Assembly (NCBI GenBank): GCA_964016885.1
Contig: OZ024740.1
Span: 59,644,001-59,708,000 of the forward strand
From: Eledone cirrhosa
Taxonomy: Eukaryota
Length of the DNA: 64,000 nt
Direction of reading: 5' to 3'
In this document: piece by piece, positions 13,816 to 26,500 of the stretch
How positions within the stretch are numbered: position 1 is the first letter of the stretch
Layout of the letters: every line of letters begins with the position of its first letter
Position numbers and translations under genes: made by a program
The notes under the pieces: generated by a model
The model's input: the letters and a program-made list of their open reading frames with translations, nothing else
Databases searched by the model: none
What the model was told of the DNA's origin: nothing

Positions 13816-15042
13816 ATCATCATCATCATCATCATTTAATGTCCATTTTCCACGCTAGCATGGGTCTGGACGGGAATTGTCCCACTTGAGGCAAGATTGG
13901 TTGTCTTGCTCAGGACTGTCTGGCAGGTTTTCTATGGCTGGATGCCCATCCTAACACCAACCACGTTTACAGTGTGGACTGTGAGGTTTTTACCGTGTTA
14001 CCTACATGGCCACATTACAGCATGGACTGTGTGTTTTATTGTCATGACACCTACACGTCTGGTGGGTTTTCTACGGCTGGGTACCCTTCCCAACACCAAC
14101 CACGTTTACAGTGTATACTGGGAGGTTTTTACCGTGTTACCTACATGGCCACATTACAGTGTGGACTGTAATTTTTTTTTATTGTGACACCTACACGACC
14201 TCATTTGTTTCGGACTGGATGTTGTGGTACCAACATAACTTCACAATTAAGGGGGTGGTGTGGATGGGGTGGGGGTAGTGGGACGGGGGTGTATTTTGTT
14301 AGAGATGCCTACTGACTGTAGGTTTCGCTTTGTACTTAGGCAAGGCGGGTCTTCTGTATGACTGTGTAGAGCCAAAGATCTCGGTCCAGTGACATTGTCT
14401 TGGAGAGGTGTAAGTGTGTGAGGTCGGAATTTATCAAGTCGTCCCAGGTTTTTCTGGGTTTACCTACTCCGTGGCTACCTTCTATTTTTATCGCCCTGCA
14501 CTTTTTTATACAGCTGTCGTCTTTCATGCGCATCACGTGACCGTACCAACGTAGTCTTCTCTCAAGTAAACATCTGATCCCTCTTATTTCTAATTTCTCC
14601 TATAGTTCGTTTATGCTTTGCCGTTCACGTATATTACTATTACACATCCAGCGGAGCATGCAAGCTTCGTTTCTCTCCAGTCTGCGTATATCCTCTGCAC
14701 ACAATGCCCAGGTCTCACTACCATGTAATATTGCTGTTCATATGCAGGCATCATACAGCCTGCCTTTCATTTTTAGAGAGAACCCTTTAGCGGCCAATAG
14801 TGGTATAAGCTCTCTGAACTTTTTCCATCCCGTTCTGACTCTAGCTACTGTACTTTCAGAGCACCCTCCCCCACTGCTGATTTTGTCACCCAGGTAACGG
14901 AAGCTGTCCACTATTTCTATAGAACCATCTGTGCAATGGAATGAGCTAGTATTCTGTGGGCACTTGCTGCTACTTATTGCACCAGAGCACTGGCCACATA
15001 TAAAATCTATATTCTTAGTTAGCTTACCTGTGATCCCTCTAC
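13816..15042 (-). mobile_element. RTE LINE subfamily C, 3' fragment with an internally duplicated 3' UTR unit block
   Basis: Reverse complement of 50800-51900. The unit-containing block occurs twice (~13920-14060 and ~14060-14200). Confidence 0.88.
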
Positions 15043-15049
15043 AGTAACA

Positions 15050-15890
15050 TACAATACAAAAACATAATAATGGTAGGAGCTCTAGGTGTCATAAAGAAAT
15101 GTGTTAAAAGTTTCTAGAAACATATCTGGTTAACCTAGCAGTGGTTAGAGATAGGGCATCCATTCACAGTTGGACTGAAGATAAATATCAAATTTGGATA
15201 GAAAGATGAAAAAGTTAATGACAGTGTATAGAGCTTTACACCATAAAGCAAATATTAATAGACTGTAGATGAAGAGAAAGAATGGTGGCAGAGGCCTCAC
15301 CAGGGTGGAGCATTGTATAAGGAGTGAAAGAATATTTGGTTAACAGGGACAAAGTGTTGATGCAATATGCAGCAGAAGATATGGGTATAAATGCAGTAGA
15401 AATGGTTGGGAAGGAAGAGTTTAACCAAAGAGCTGAAGGAAAAGAAAAGATATAAGAATGAGAATGCATGGTCAATTTGAAAGAAATACAGAGGATATCA
15501 AAGACAAAACAACATCATGGACATGACTTAAGCAAGGTGATTCGAAATGAGCTACTGAAAGCCTTGTAATTGCAGACCATGACTAAGCCCTTGCTACCAA
15601 TTCAATGAACTATAACATTTACAAAACTACTGACACCCAGAAATGCAGCCTCTTTGGAAATAATGTGGAAAATATGGCCCACTTAATATATGGATGTGAA
15701 AGCCTTGTGCGAAAAGAATACAAACGCTGCCATGATAAATTCTGTCTATACCTTCGTTGGCTTCTGTGTCGTAAATACCAATATGAAGTAATAGAGAATT
15801 GGTATGAGCATGTGCCTTTTAAAGTAATGCAAGAGGATGGGAAATCAATGGTATTCTGCGATAATGATTTTCAAACTGATAGAATAAAAA
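15050..15890 (+). mobile_element. degenerate R4/Dong-like remnant (post-RT, CCHC finger region)
   Basis: RK.GGRGL and CSLFGNNVENMAHLIYGC...EYKRCHDK...W..H.P motifs parallel the ORF at 62095-63927; many stops. Confidence 0.7.
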
Positions 15891-16221
15891 TATCTGAAAT
15901 ATGAAAGGAAGAGAATCTGGAATTGCCACAAAGTTAGAAACAATAGTTAGAAGTTTGAATGAAGGTTGAAGATATAGAAGTGAATTTCCTGACTCTATTG
16001 ATAGCTTGTTTGCTTGACACAACAAAGACAGGGCAAAAGGTGGTAGACATCTAAGGCTGCAGGAGACAGCTTGATATCTAACAATCCAAATGCCAGAGGG
16101 GGAACAACAACATGTTGAGTAAAGAGAAGAAAATAATAATAACTATTATTATTATTTCTTTATTTGTTTCTTTATTATTTTTTTAATATAATAATTATAA
16201 TAAAAAAAACTAATATATATC

Positions 16222-16530
16222 ATCATTGTCATCATCATCATTTAACATCCATTTTCCTCACTAGCAGGGGTAGGATGAGCTGACTCAGTGGGAGAGAATC
16301 AAGTCAGCGGACTGTGTTTCGCTCACCCGGGGCTAATTTGGGGCTGGTTTCTACAGCTGGATGCCCTCCTAATGCCAGCCTCATTCACAGTATATATATA
16401 TATATATATATATCAGTTCCCGTATGAGCAAAACAAGGTCAGCTGACCGGGCACTGCCCACAACAGGACAACCCGTCTAAACCATGCTAGCGTGGAAGAA
16501 TGGACGTAAAACAGTGATGATAATGATATA
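16222..16530. mobile_element. two short RTE 3'-tail fragments (minus 16222-16390, plus 16412-16530) flanking a short (AT)n
   Basis: Match the subfamily A/B terminal sequence and (GAT)n tail. Confidence 0.75.
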
Positions 16531-16675
16531 TATATACACATATATATATATATATACACACCAAATTTAATATAGAAACGGCTTCTACAGGACTAGAACT
16601 GTTTCATTTGAATGAAAGCATTAGGGCTTTCCTGATGATTTCTTTCGAATGCATTGGAAATATGTGAAAAACCAA

Positions 16676-16860
16676 ATAATTGTTTCTACTTTTGGCACAA
16701 GGCCAGCAATTATCCCAGTGCATTACTGGTACTTTATTTTATCGACCCCGTAAGGATGAAAGGCAAAGTTAACCTGGGCGGGATTTGAACTCAGAATGGC
16801 AAGGGCCGTAACTCTGTGCATCAAAGCATGGCGTCCAACCCTCTACCAATACTGCCAATT
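16676..16860 (-). mobile_element. SINE family 1 copy
   Basis: Reverse complement of 7470-7650. Confidence 0.85.
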
Positions 16861-17149
16861 CACAAATAATGAATGAGGTTTAGAGGCATGGTGGTAAGGG
16901 CCTCCACTGGTTTGTTCAGTTCATGATTAGTCTGGTAGGTCTTAAGCTCTGAGTATCTGGTATTGCTGGAAGGCTGAATGTTCAATTGATGTATGTGATG
17001 ACTTTTTTGGTGGATCTGATGTTGGTGTTTTCATGGTGTGTGTATTGGTTCAAGAGTGGGGCTGTCTACCTCCCATAAATATGTGAGCTAGGTAGAGCTA
17101 AGATGGTCTTTGTGGGATGTCTGGGGCTACTGGTTTGAAGTTGACTTAT

Positions 17150-17760
17150 ATGATGTTTCACTGGTAGGGCAATTGAAGAGTTTTGTTAGATCAATCAAAA
17201 CCTACATAAGAACCATGTTTTGTTCACAGCATTTCTGCAGCTATTTGTTGTAAAAAGCATATCCACTGTTCTTCTACCTGAATGAAAATCGCATTGAGAT
17301 TCAGGAAGACATCAACTACAAAGGAATTATTCAGTTGGGTAAGAATACTTGCCAGAACCTTGCTAACAATTGGCAGTAGAGCAATTTCTTCACAAAGTTC
17401 TAAGAACATGAGCCCATTGATATTCCTCTTTCCCACATCAAAATAATCAACAGAGCTCCATATTTGCTGATCTATTCCAACCATAGCATTGAAATATCCC
17501 AGTTAAATTATTATGTCTGACTTGGAGATTTTCCTGAGTACAGCTCTTAGTAGTTTTATCTCCAAGACTAGGCAGAGTAAAAGCATATGGAGTCACCAGG
17601 GTAAAGAATTACTTATTTTCCAAGTACAGATGCAGATTTTTGATTGGCCATTTATAGAGATAGGAAGCTTTTCCAAATTAAGCATTTCAGACTGGATTGT
17701 AAAGCCAACACCACTTTCATGTACTCTTCTTTTAATTTACCCTTCCAGAAAAAGGGATAA
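17150..17760 (-). mobile_element. highly degenerate RTE/BovB-like LINE remnant
   Basis: VGK.N.NGL..LELC (APE) joined to IALL.IV.KVLA.IL and QQI.AEM-like RT-start residues. Confidence 0.55.
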
Positions 17761-17844
17761 CTACTTCCATCCTCCTCAATTTGACAATCACCTTCCAATC
17801 AAGTCTCTGAGAGAGCATTTATAGCTACATATAAACCAATTGAT

Positions 17845-17925
17845 GTGTGCATGTGTATGTGTGTGTGTGTGCATGAGTGCACGTGTGTGTGTGTGTGAAT
17901 GAGTGTATGTGCATGTGTGTGTGTG

Positions 17926-17962
<37 letters not shown>

Positions 17963-17982
17963 ACGTGTGTGTGTATGTGTGT
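17845..17982. repeat. (GT)n microsatellite
   Basis: Directly visible. Confidence 0.95.
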
Positions 17983-18834
17983 AAGAGCAACACAAATATA
18001 TTTTCTTTAACTTCCGAGAGAGTTGATATTTATGATCAATTATTGATGTCCTTTTTATTTAATATATTGAACCACTGATCACATTTATAAATAAATCTAA
18101 TCTTTCTTGTCCATGGTCCATAAATAATTGAATATAAATACCTCTTAATACGGTGAAGTTATTAATTAAGACCTTGAGTTTGAATCAAGTTTCATGCCAA
18201 TAAATGGATGAGAAATAAATCTCTTCTTAGCAATAACAGCTTGTCTATTTCAAATAACAATGGAGGAGTACATAAATTGTTTTCCAGATTTTCAGGAGAT
18301 TTGCTGTGATTAGGTGACCTTGGCTTTGGTGCCCAGCAGTACTTCAAAACATTCTGTGTGTCCATTCTAATTTCTAATAATTGTAAGGTAGAGTTTCAGA
18401 ATAACCATATCCCCGTATATTTTTCTAAGCTAAAGAATGTTCATCCAAAAGCCTTGGTAGCATATTTGCTGAGTTTCATGTGAAATTTGTTGCAAATATG
18501 TAGCTTGAATTTGTCAGCTATTGTAAAATAAATATCAGAGTCTTTCTAACACAATGTTACGAAACCATGTGTAACAAATGAAAATGAGTAGATAGTATTA
18601 TAGAGCTTATTTACTCAATAGAGTAACTACCAATGATTGCTAGCTGTGTAGACATTTACGTTGAACTCTACAACAATCATAGAACACACAGTCCAGAAAC
18701 TTTCCAACCATACCTTGTATACCCTGTTAACACTCACAGATGTATCTATGATATGATTATATACAAATATATATATATATTTATTTACATAGACCACGGA
18801 ACATATGCGCATATATATATATATATACATATAT

Positions 18835-19188
18835 GGAGGCACATGGCTTAGTGGTTAGAGCATTGGCCTTGCAATTGAAAGATTGTGAGTTCAATTCTCA
18901 GACCGGGTGATGTGTTGTTTCCTTGAGCAAGACACTTTATTTCACATTGCTCCAGTTTACTCAGCTGTAGAAATGAGATGATAGGGACTGGGGTCCCTAT
19001 CATTCCACTGCAAAGTGGTTGTAGAGGTGCCATGGCAAAACAGCACCCAGCACTCACTGTAAATGAGGTTGGTGTTAGGAAGGGGATCCAGCTGTAGAAA
19101 TCAAGCCAAAATCAGTTCCCGTCCCACCCTTGCAAGCAGGGAAAAGCGGACGTAAAATAGTGATGATGATGATGATGATGATGATGAT
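18835..19188 (+). mobile_element. full-length SINE family 2
   Basis: A box tggcttagtgg, B box gagttcaattc, ccttgagcaagacactt body, 11-bp-stem hairpin 18978-19003, one 48-bp-type unit, RTE subfamily B terminal ~45 nt, (GAT)n; flanked by (AT)n. Confidence 0.9.
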
Positions 19189-19218
19189 ATATATATATAA
19201 CTATATATATATATATAC

Positions 19219-19249
<31 letters not shown>

Positions 19250-19370
19250 GTGAAAACTTGGACGGGAACAAAAACAGAGAGGCAGTACAAATAAAAGTTT
19301 ATTAGGTTATATATATATATAATTATATATATATATATATATATATATCATCATCATCATCATCATCATC

Positions 19371-19413
<43 letters not shown>

Positions 19414-19418
<5 letters not shown>

Positions 19419-19885
19419 CCTGTGTGAGGAGCGCGATGCTGCATGGTAGTGAGACATGGGCAGCAACTGCAGAGGACATGCGACGGCTGGAGAGAAATGA
19501 GGCAGCATGCTCCGTTGGATGTGCAGTGTAAATGTGCGTGAACGACCCAGCATAAATGTGTTGAGAGAGAAACTGTGTCTGAGAGGGATAGAATGTAGTG
19601 TACGGGAGAGGAGACTGAGGTGGTATGGACATGTGATGCGCATGGAGGATGACCGATGGGTGAAGAAGTGCCAGGAAATGCCAGTTGAAGGAGGATGTGG
19701 TAGAGGTAGACCACGAAAAACATGGGCGGAGGTGGTGAGAACAGACCTCAGATCATTGAAGCTCACGGTGGAGATGACGAAGGACCGTGACGAGTGGAGA
19801 GATGCTGTGCTGAATAAGACCCGTCCCACCCTTGCAAGCAGGGAAAAGCGGACATAAAATGATGATGATGATGATGATGATGATC
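19414..19885 (+). mobile_element. RTE subfamily B short 3' fragment inserted in (AT)n
   Basis: Near-identical to 3943-4415. Confidence 0.92.
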
Positions 19886-20049
19886 ATATACATATATATA
19901 TATATACATATATATATAGGCTGAACTCCAGCCTTTTCAACAGCCATTCGGATCTAGCTGTTGAAATGGCTAGAGCTGAACCGTCGGGGTCCTGACTCTT
20001 TTCCTATTTTAGTCTTCACATTTATTATTATTATTACTATACATATATA

Positions 20050-20165
20050 CATCATCATCATCATTTTATGTCCGCTTCTCCCTGCTTGCAAGGGTGGGAC
20101 GGGAACTGATTCTGGCTTGATTTCTACAGCTACCTTCCTAACAGCTGGGTGCTTTTTTGCCGTGG
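20050..20165 (-). mobile_element. SINE family 2 tail fragment
   Basis: Matches 19040-19170 in reverse with an internal deletion. Confidence 0.75.
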
Positions 20166-20599
20166 TATATATATATATATATAACTATATGTTAGTGTTG
20201 TTTCACCAACTTGAGTGCTCGATGCATAGTTAGGTCTATTTAAGTCTATTATTTGGTGTCACACATTCGGTGTTAAACTATGGTCTGTTTCTCTCTTATG
20301 CAGAGTATAACATCAAAATAAATAGGAAGAGGTGTCAGAGTATCATCATTAAATTTATTGAGATGCAACGCACAATTCGCTATTGATCAGCTCAAGGTTC
20401 GATCTGTATTGATCTGGCTCGGCTCTGTAATCAAAAGTTCATCAGACTCTTGGTTTATTAATGAACAAGAGCAGGAAGAAGATATATTGGGTTGTCAAAT
20501 ATGAGATTTGTAGAAATTTGTAGAAAAAAACAAATTTCTACAAAATTCATAGTTGACAACCCAATATATATAGCATGTACCACCTCCACTCAACCCCAC

Positions 20600-23500
20600 T
20601 CTTCCATACATCTCCCATGAGGACAGGCTGAAGCATACATCTACTGTAAAGCAGTCATGATGGTAACACAACAAAAAATGGTCAGCCAACACGATAAAAT
20701 GGTCGTGTAGGTGTCACGACAAAAAGTACCCAGCCCACACTGTAAAGTAGCTGTGTAGGTGTCACGACAAAAAGCACCCAGTCCACACTGTAAAGTAGCT
20801 GTGTAGGTGTCACGACAAAAAGCACCCAGTCCACACTGTAAAGTAGTTGTGTAGGTGTCATGACAAAAAGTACCCAGCCCACACTGTAAAGTAGTTGTGT
20901 AGGTGTCATGACAAAAAGTACCCAGCCCACAGTGTAAAGTAGTTTTGTAGGTGTCACGACAAAAAGCACCCAGCCCACACTGTAAAGTAGCTGTGTAGGT
21001 GTCATGACAAAAAGTACCCAGTCCACACTGTAAAGTAGTTGTGTAGGTGTCATGACAAAAAGTACCCAGTCCACACTGTAAAGTAGTTGTGTAGGTGTCA
21101 TGACAAAAAGCATCCAGTCCACACGGTAAAGTAGCTGTGTAGGTGTCATGACAAAAAGTACCCAGCCCACAGTGTAAAGTAGCTGTGTAGGTGTCATGAC
21201 AAAAAGTACCCAGCCCACACTGTAAAGTAGTTGTGTAGGTGTCACGACAAAAAGCACCCAGCTCACACTGTAAAGTAGCTATGTAGGTGTCATGACAAAA
21301 AGTACCCAGCCCACACTGTAAAGTAGTTTTGTAGGTGTCACGACAAAAAGCACCCAGCTCACACTGTAAAGTAGTTGTGTAGGTGTCATGACAAAAAGTA
21401 CCCAGCCCACACTGTAAAGTAGTTGTGTAGGTGTCATGACAAAAAGTACCCAGCCCACACTGTAAAGTAGTTGTGTAGGTGTCATGACAAAAAGTACCCA
21501 GTCTACACTGTAAAGTAGCTGTGTAGGTGTCATGACAAAAAGTACCCAGCCCACACTGTAAAGTAGTTGTGTAGGTGTCATGACAAAAAGCACCCAGTCC
21601 ACACTGTAAAGTAGTTGTGTAGGTGTCATGACAAAAAGCACCCAGCCCACACTGTAAAGTAGTTGTGTAGGTGTTATGACAAAAAGCACCCAGCCCACAC
21701 TGTAAAGTAGTTGTGTAGGTGTCATGACAAAAAGCACCCAGTCCACACTGTAAAGTAGTTGTGTAGGTGTCATGACAAAAAGCACCCAGCCCACACTGTA
21801 AAGTAGTTGTGTAGGTGTCATGACAAAAAGCACCCAGTCCACACTGTAAAGTAGTTGTGTAGGTGTCATGACAAAAAGTACCCAGCCCACACTGTAAAGT
21901 AGTTGTGTAGGTGTCATGACAAAAAGCACCCAGTCCACACTGTAAAGTAGTTGTGTAGGTGTCATGACAAAAAGCACCCAGTCCACACTGTAAAGTAGTT
22001 GTGTAGGTGTCATGACAAAAAGCACCCAGTCCACACTGTAAAGTAGTTGTGTAGGTGTCATGACAAAAAGTACCCAGTCCATACTGTAAAGTAGCTGTGT
22101 AGGTGTCATGACAAAAAGTACCCAGCCTACACTGTAAAGTAGCTGTGTAGGTGTCACGACAAAAAGTACCCAGCCCACACTGTAAAGTAGTTGTGTAGGT
22201 GTCACGACAAAAAGCACCCAGCCCACACTGTAAAGTAGTTGTGTAGGTGTCATGACAAAAAGTACCCAGTCCACACTGTAAAGTAGCTGTGTAGGTGTCA
22301 TGACAAAAAGTACCCAGCCCACACTGTAAAGTAGCTGTGTAGGTGTCATAACAAAAAGTACCCAGCCTAAACTGTAAAGTAGTTGTGGAGGTGTCATGAC
22401 AAAAAGTACCCAGTCCACACTGTAAAGTAGTTGTGTAGGTGTCATGACAAAAAGTACCCAGCCTAAACTGTAAAGTGGTAGTGTGTAGGTGTCATGACAA
22501 AAATACCCAGCCCACACTGTAAAGTAGCTGTGTAGGTGTCATAACAAAAAGTACCCAGCCCACACTGTAAAGTAGCTGTGTAGGTGTCACGACAAAAAGT
22601 ACGCAGCCCACACTGTAAAGTAGTTGTGTAGGTGTCATGACAAAAAGCACCCAGCCCACACTGTAAAGTAGCTGTGTAGGTGTCATGACAAAAAGTACGC
22701 AGCCCACACTGTAAAGTAGTTGTGTAGGTGTCACGACAAAAAGCACCCAGTCCACACTGTAAAGTAGCTGTGTAGGTGTCACGACAAAAAGTACGCAGCC
22801 CACACTGTAAAGTAGCTGTGTAGGTGTCATAACAAAAAGTACCCAGCCCACACTGTAAAGTAGCTGTGTAGGTGTCATGACAAAAAGTACGCAGCCCACA
22901 CTGTAAAGTAGTTGTGTAGGTGTCACGACAAAAAGCACCCAGTCCACACTGTAAAGTAGCTGTGTAGGTGTCATGACAAAAAGTACCCAGTCCACACTGT
23001 AAAGTAGTTGTGTAGGTGTCATAACAAAAAGTACCCAGCCCACACTGTAAAGTAGTTGTGTAGGTCTCACGACAAAAAGCACCCAGTCCACACTGTAAAG
23101 TAGCTGTGTAGGTGTCATAACAAAAAGTACCCAGTCCACACTGTAAAGTAGTTGTGTAGGTGTCATAACAAAAAGTACCCAGCCCACACTGTAAAGTAGT
23201 TGTGTAGGTCTCACGACAAAAAGCACTCAGTCCACACTGTAAAGTAGTTGTGTAGGTCTCACGACAAAAAGTACCCAGCCCACACTGTAAAGTAGTTGTG
23301 TAGGTGTCATGACAAAAAGTACCCAGTCCACACTGTAAAGTAGTTGTGTAGGTGTCATAACAAAAAGTACCCAGTCCACACTGTAAAGTAGCTGTGTAGG
23401 TGTCACGACAAAAAGTACCCAGCCCACACTGTAAAGTAGCTGTGTAGGTGTCACGACAAAAAGTACCCAGCCCACACTGTAAAGTAGTTGTGTAGGTGTC

Positions 23501-26500
23501 ATGACAATAAGTACCCAGTCCACACTGTAAAGTAGTTGTGTAGGTGTCACGACAAAAAGTACCTAGCCCACACTGTCAAGTAGTTGTGTAAGTCTCACGA
23601 CAAAAAGTACCCAGCCCACACTGTAAAGTAGTTGTGTAGGTCTCACGACAAAAAGTACCCAGCCCACACTGTAAAGTAGTTGTGTAGGTGTCACGACAAA
23701 AAGTACCCAGCCCACACTGTAAAGTAGTTGTGTAGGTCTCACGACAAAAAGCACCCAGTCCACACTGTAAAGTAGTTGTGTAGGTCTCACGACAAAAAGT
23801 ACCCAGCCCACACTGTAAAGTAGTTGTGTAGGTGTCACGACAAAAAGCACCCAGTCCACACTGTAAAGTAGCTGTGTAGGTGTCATGACAAAAAGTACCC
23901 AGCCCACACTGTAAAGTAGCTGTGTAGGTGTCATGACAAAAAGTACCCAGCCTACACTGTAAAGTAGCTGTGTAGGTGTCACGACAAAAAGTACCCAGGC
24001 CACACTGTAAAGTAGTTGTGTAGGTGTCACGACAAAAAGCACCCAGCCCACACTGTAAAGTAGTTGTGTAGGTGTCATGACAAAAAGTACCCAGTCCACA
24101 CTGTAAAGTAGCTGTGTAGGTGTCATGACAAAAAGTACCCAGCCCACACTGTAAAGTAGCTGTGTAGGTGTCATAACAAAAAGTACCAAGCCTAAACTGT
24201 AAAGTAGTTGTGTAGGTGTCACGACAAAAAGCACCCAGCCCACACTGTAAAGTAGTTGTGTAGGTGTCACGACAAAAAGCACCCAGTCCACACTGTAAAG
24301 TAGCTGTGTAGGTGTCATAACAAAAAGTACCCAGCCCACACTGTAAAGTAGCTGTGTAGGTGTCACGACAAGAAGTACGCAGCCCACACTGTAAAGTAGT
24401 TGTGTAGGTGTCACGACAAAAAGCACCCAGTCCACACTGTAAAGTAGCTGTGTAGGTGTCACGACAAAAAGTACGCAGCCCACACTGTAAAGTAGCTGTG
24501 TAGGTGTCATAACAAAAAGTACCCAGCCCACACTGTAAAGTAGCGGTGTAGGTGTCATGACAAAAAGTACGCAGCCCACACTGTAAAGTAGTTGTGTAGG
24601 TGTCACGACAAAAAGCACCCAGTCCACACTGTAAAGTAGCTGTGTAGGTGTCATGACAAAAAGTACACAGCCCACACTGTAAAGTAGCTGTGTAGGTGTC
24701 ATGACAAAAAGTACCCAGCCTACACTGTAAAGTAGCTGTGTAGGTGTCACGACAAAAAGTACCCAGCCCACACTGTAAAGTAGTTGTGTAGGTCTCACGA
24801 CAAAAAGTACCCAGCCCACACTGTAAAGTAGTTGTGTAGGTGTCACGACAAAAAGCACCCAGTCCACACTTTAAAGTAGCTGTGTAGGTGTCATGACAAA
24901 AAGTACCCAGCCCACACTGTAAAGTAGCTGTGTAGGTGTCATGACAAAAAGTACCCAGCCTACACTGTAAAGTAGCTGTGTAGGTGTCACGACAAAAAGT
25001 ACCCAGCCCACACTGTAAAGTAGTTGTGTAGGTGTCACGACAAAAAGCACCCAGCCCACACTGTAAAGTAGTTGTGTAGGTGTCATGACAAAAAGTACCC
25101 AGTCCACACTGTAAAGTAGCTGTGTAGGTGTCATGACAAAAAGTACCCAGCCCACACTGTAAAGTAGCTGTGTAAGTGTCATAACAAAAAGTACCAAGCC
25201 TAAACTGTAAAGTAGTTGTGTAGGTGTCATGACAAAAAGTACCCAGCCTAAACTGTAAAGTGGTAGTGTGTAGGTGTCATGACAAAAATACCCAGCCCAC
25301 ACTGTAAAGTAGCTGTGTAGGTGTCATAACAAAAAGTACCCAGCCCACACTGTAAAGTAGCTGTGTAGGTGTCACGACAAGAAGTACGCAGCCCACACTG
25401 TAAAGTAGTTGTGTAGGTGTCACGACAAAAAGCACCCAGTCCACACTGTAAAGTAGCTGTGTAGGTGTCACGACAAAAAGTACGCAGCCCACACTGTAAA
25501 GTAGCTGTGTAGGTGTCATAACAAAAAGTACCCAGCCCACACTGTAAAGTAGCTGTGTAGGTGTCATGACAAAAAGTACGCAGCCCACACTGTAAAGTAG
25601 TTGTGTAGGTGTCACGACAAAAAGCACCCAGTCCACACTGTAAAGTAGCTGTGTAGGTGTCATGACAAAAAGTACCCAGTCCACACTGTAAAGTAGTTGT
25701 GTAGGTGTCATAACAAAAATACCCAGTCCACACTGTAAAGTAGCTGTGTAGGTGTCACGACAAAAAGCACCCAGTCCACACTGTAAAGTAGCTGTGTAGG
25801 TGTCACGACAAAAAGTACGCAGCCCACACTGTAAAGTAGCTGTGTAGGTGTCATAACAAAAAGTACCCAGCCCACACTGTAAAGTAGCGGTGTAGGTGTC
25901 ATGACAAAAAGTACGCAGCCCACACTGTAAAGTAGTTGTGTAGGTGTCACGACAAAAAGCACCCAGTCCACACTGTAAAGTAGCTGTGTAGGTGTCATGA
26001 CAAAAAGTACACAGCCCACACTGTAAAGTAGCTGTGTAGGTGTCATGACAAAAAGTACCCAGCCTACAATGTAAAGTAGCTGTGTAGGTGTCACGACAAA
26101 AAGTACCCAGCCCACACTGTAAAGTAGTTGTGTAGGTCTCACGACAAAAAGTACCCAGCCCACACTGTAAAGTAGTTGTGTAGGTCTCACGACAAAAAGT
26201 ACCCAGCCCACACTGTAAAGTAGTTGTGTAGGTGTCACGACAAAAAGCACCCAGTCCACACTTTAAAGTAGCTGTGTAGGTGTCATGACAAAAAGTACCC
26301 AGCCCACACTGTAAAGTAGCTGTGTAGGTGTCATGACAAAAAGTACCCAGCCTACACTGTAAAGTAGCTGTGTAGGTGTCACGACAAAAAGTACCCAGCC
26401 CACACTGTAAAGTAGTTGTGTAGGTGTCACGACAAAAAGCACCCAGCCCACACTGTAAAGTAGTTGTGTAGGTGTCATGACAAAAAGTACCCAGTCCACA

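Noticed and set aside
18835-18906. tRNA gene
   Set aside because: A/B boxes are present, but it continues into a SINE body and occurs as diverged dispersed copies, so it is a tRNA-derived SINE head.
18978-19003. Resemblance of the SINE hairpin arm (tccctatca) to the bacterial tet operator
   Set aside because: Different arm arrangement, and it is part of a multi-copy SINE; no vector sequence nearby.
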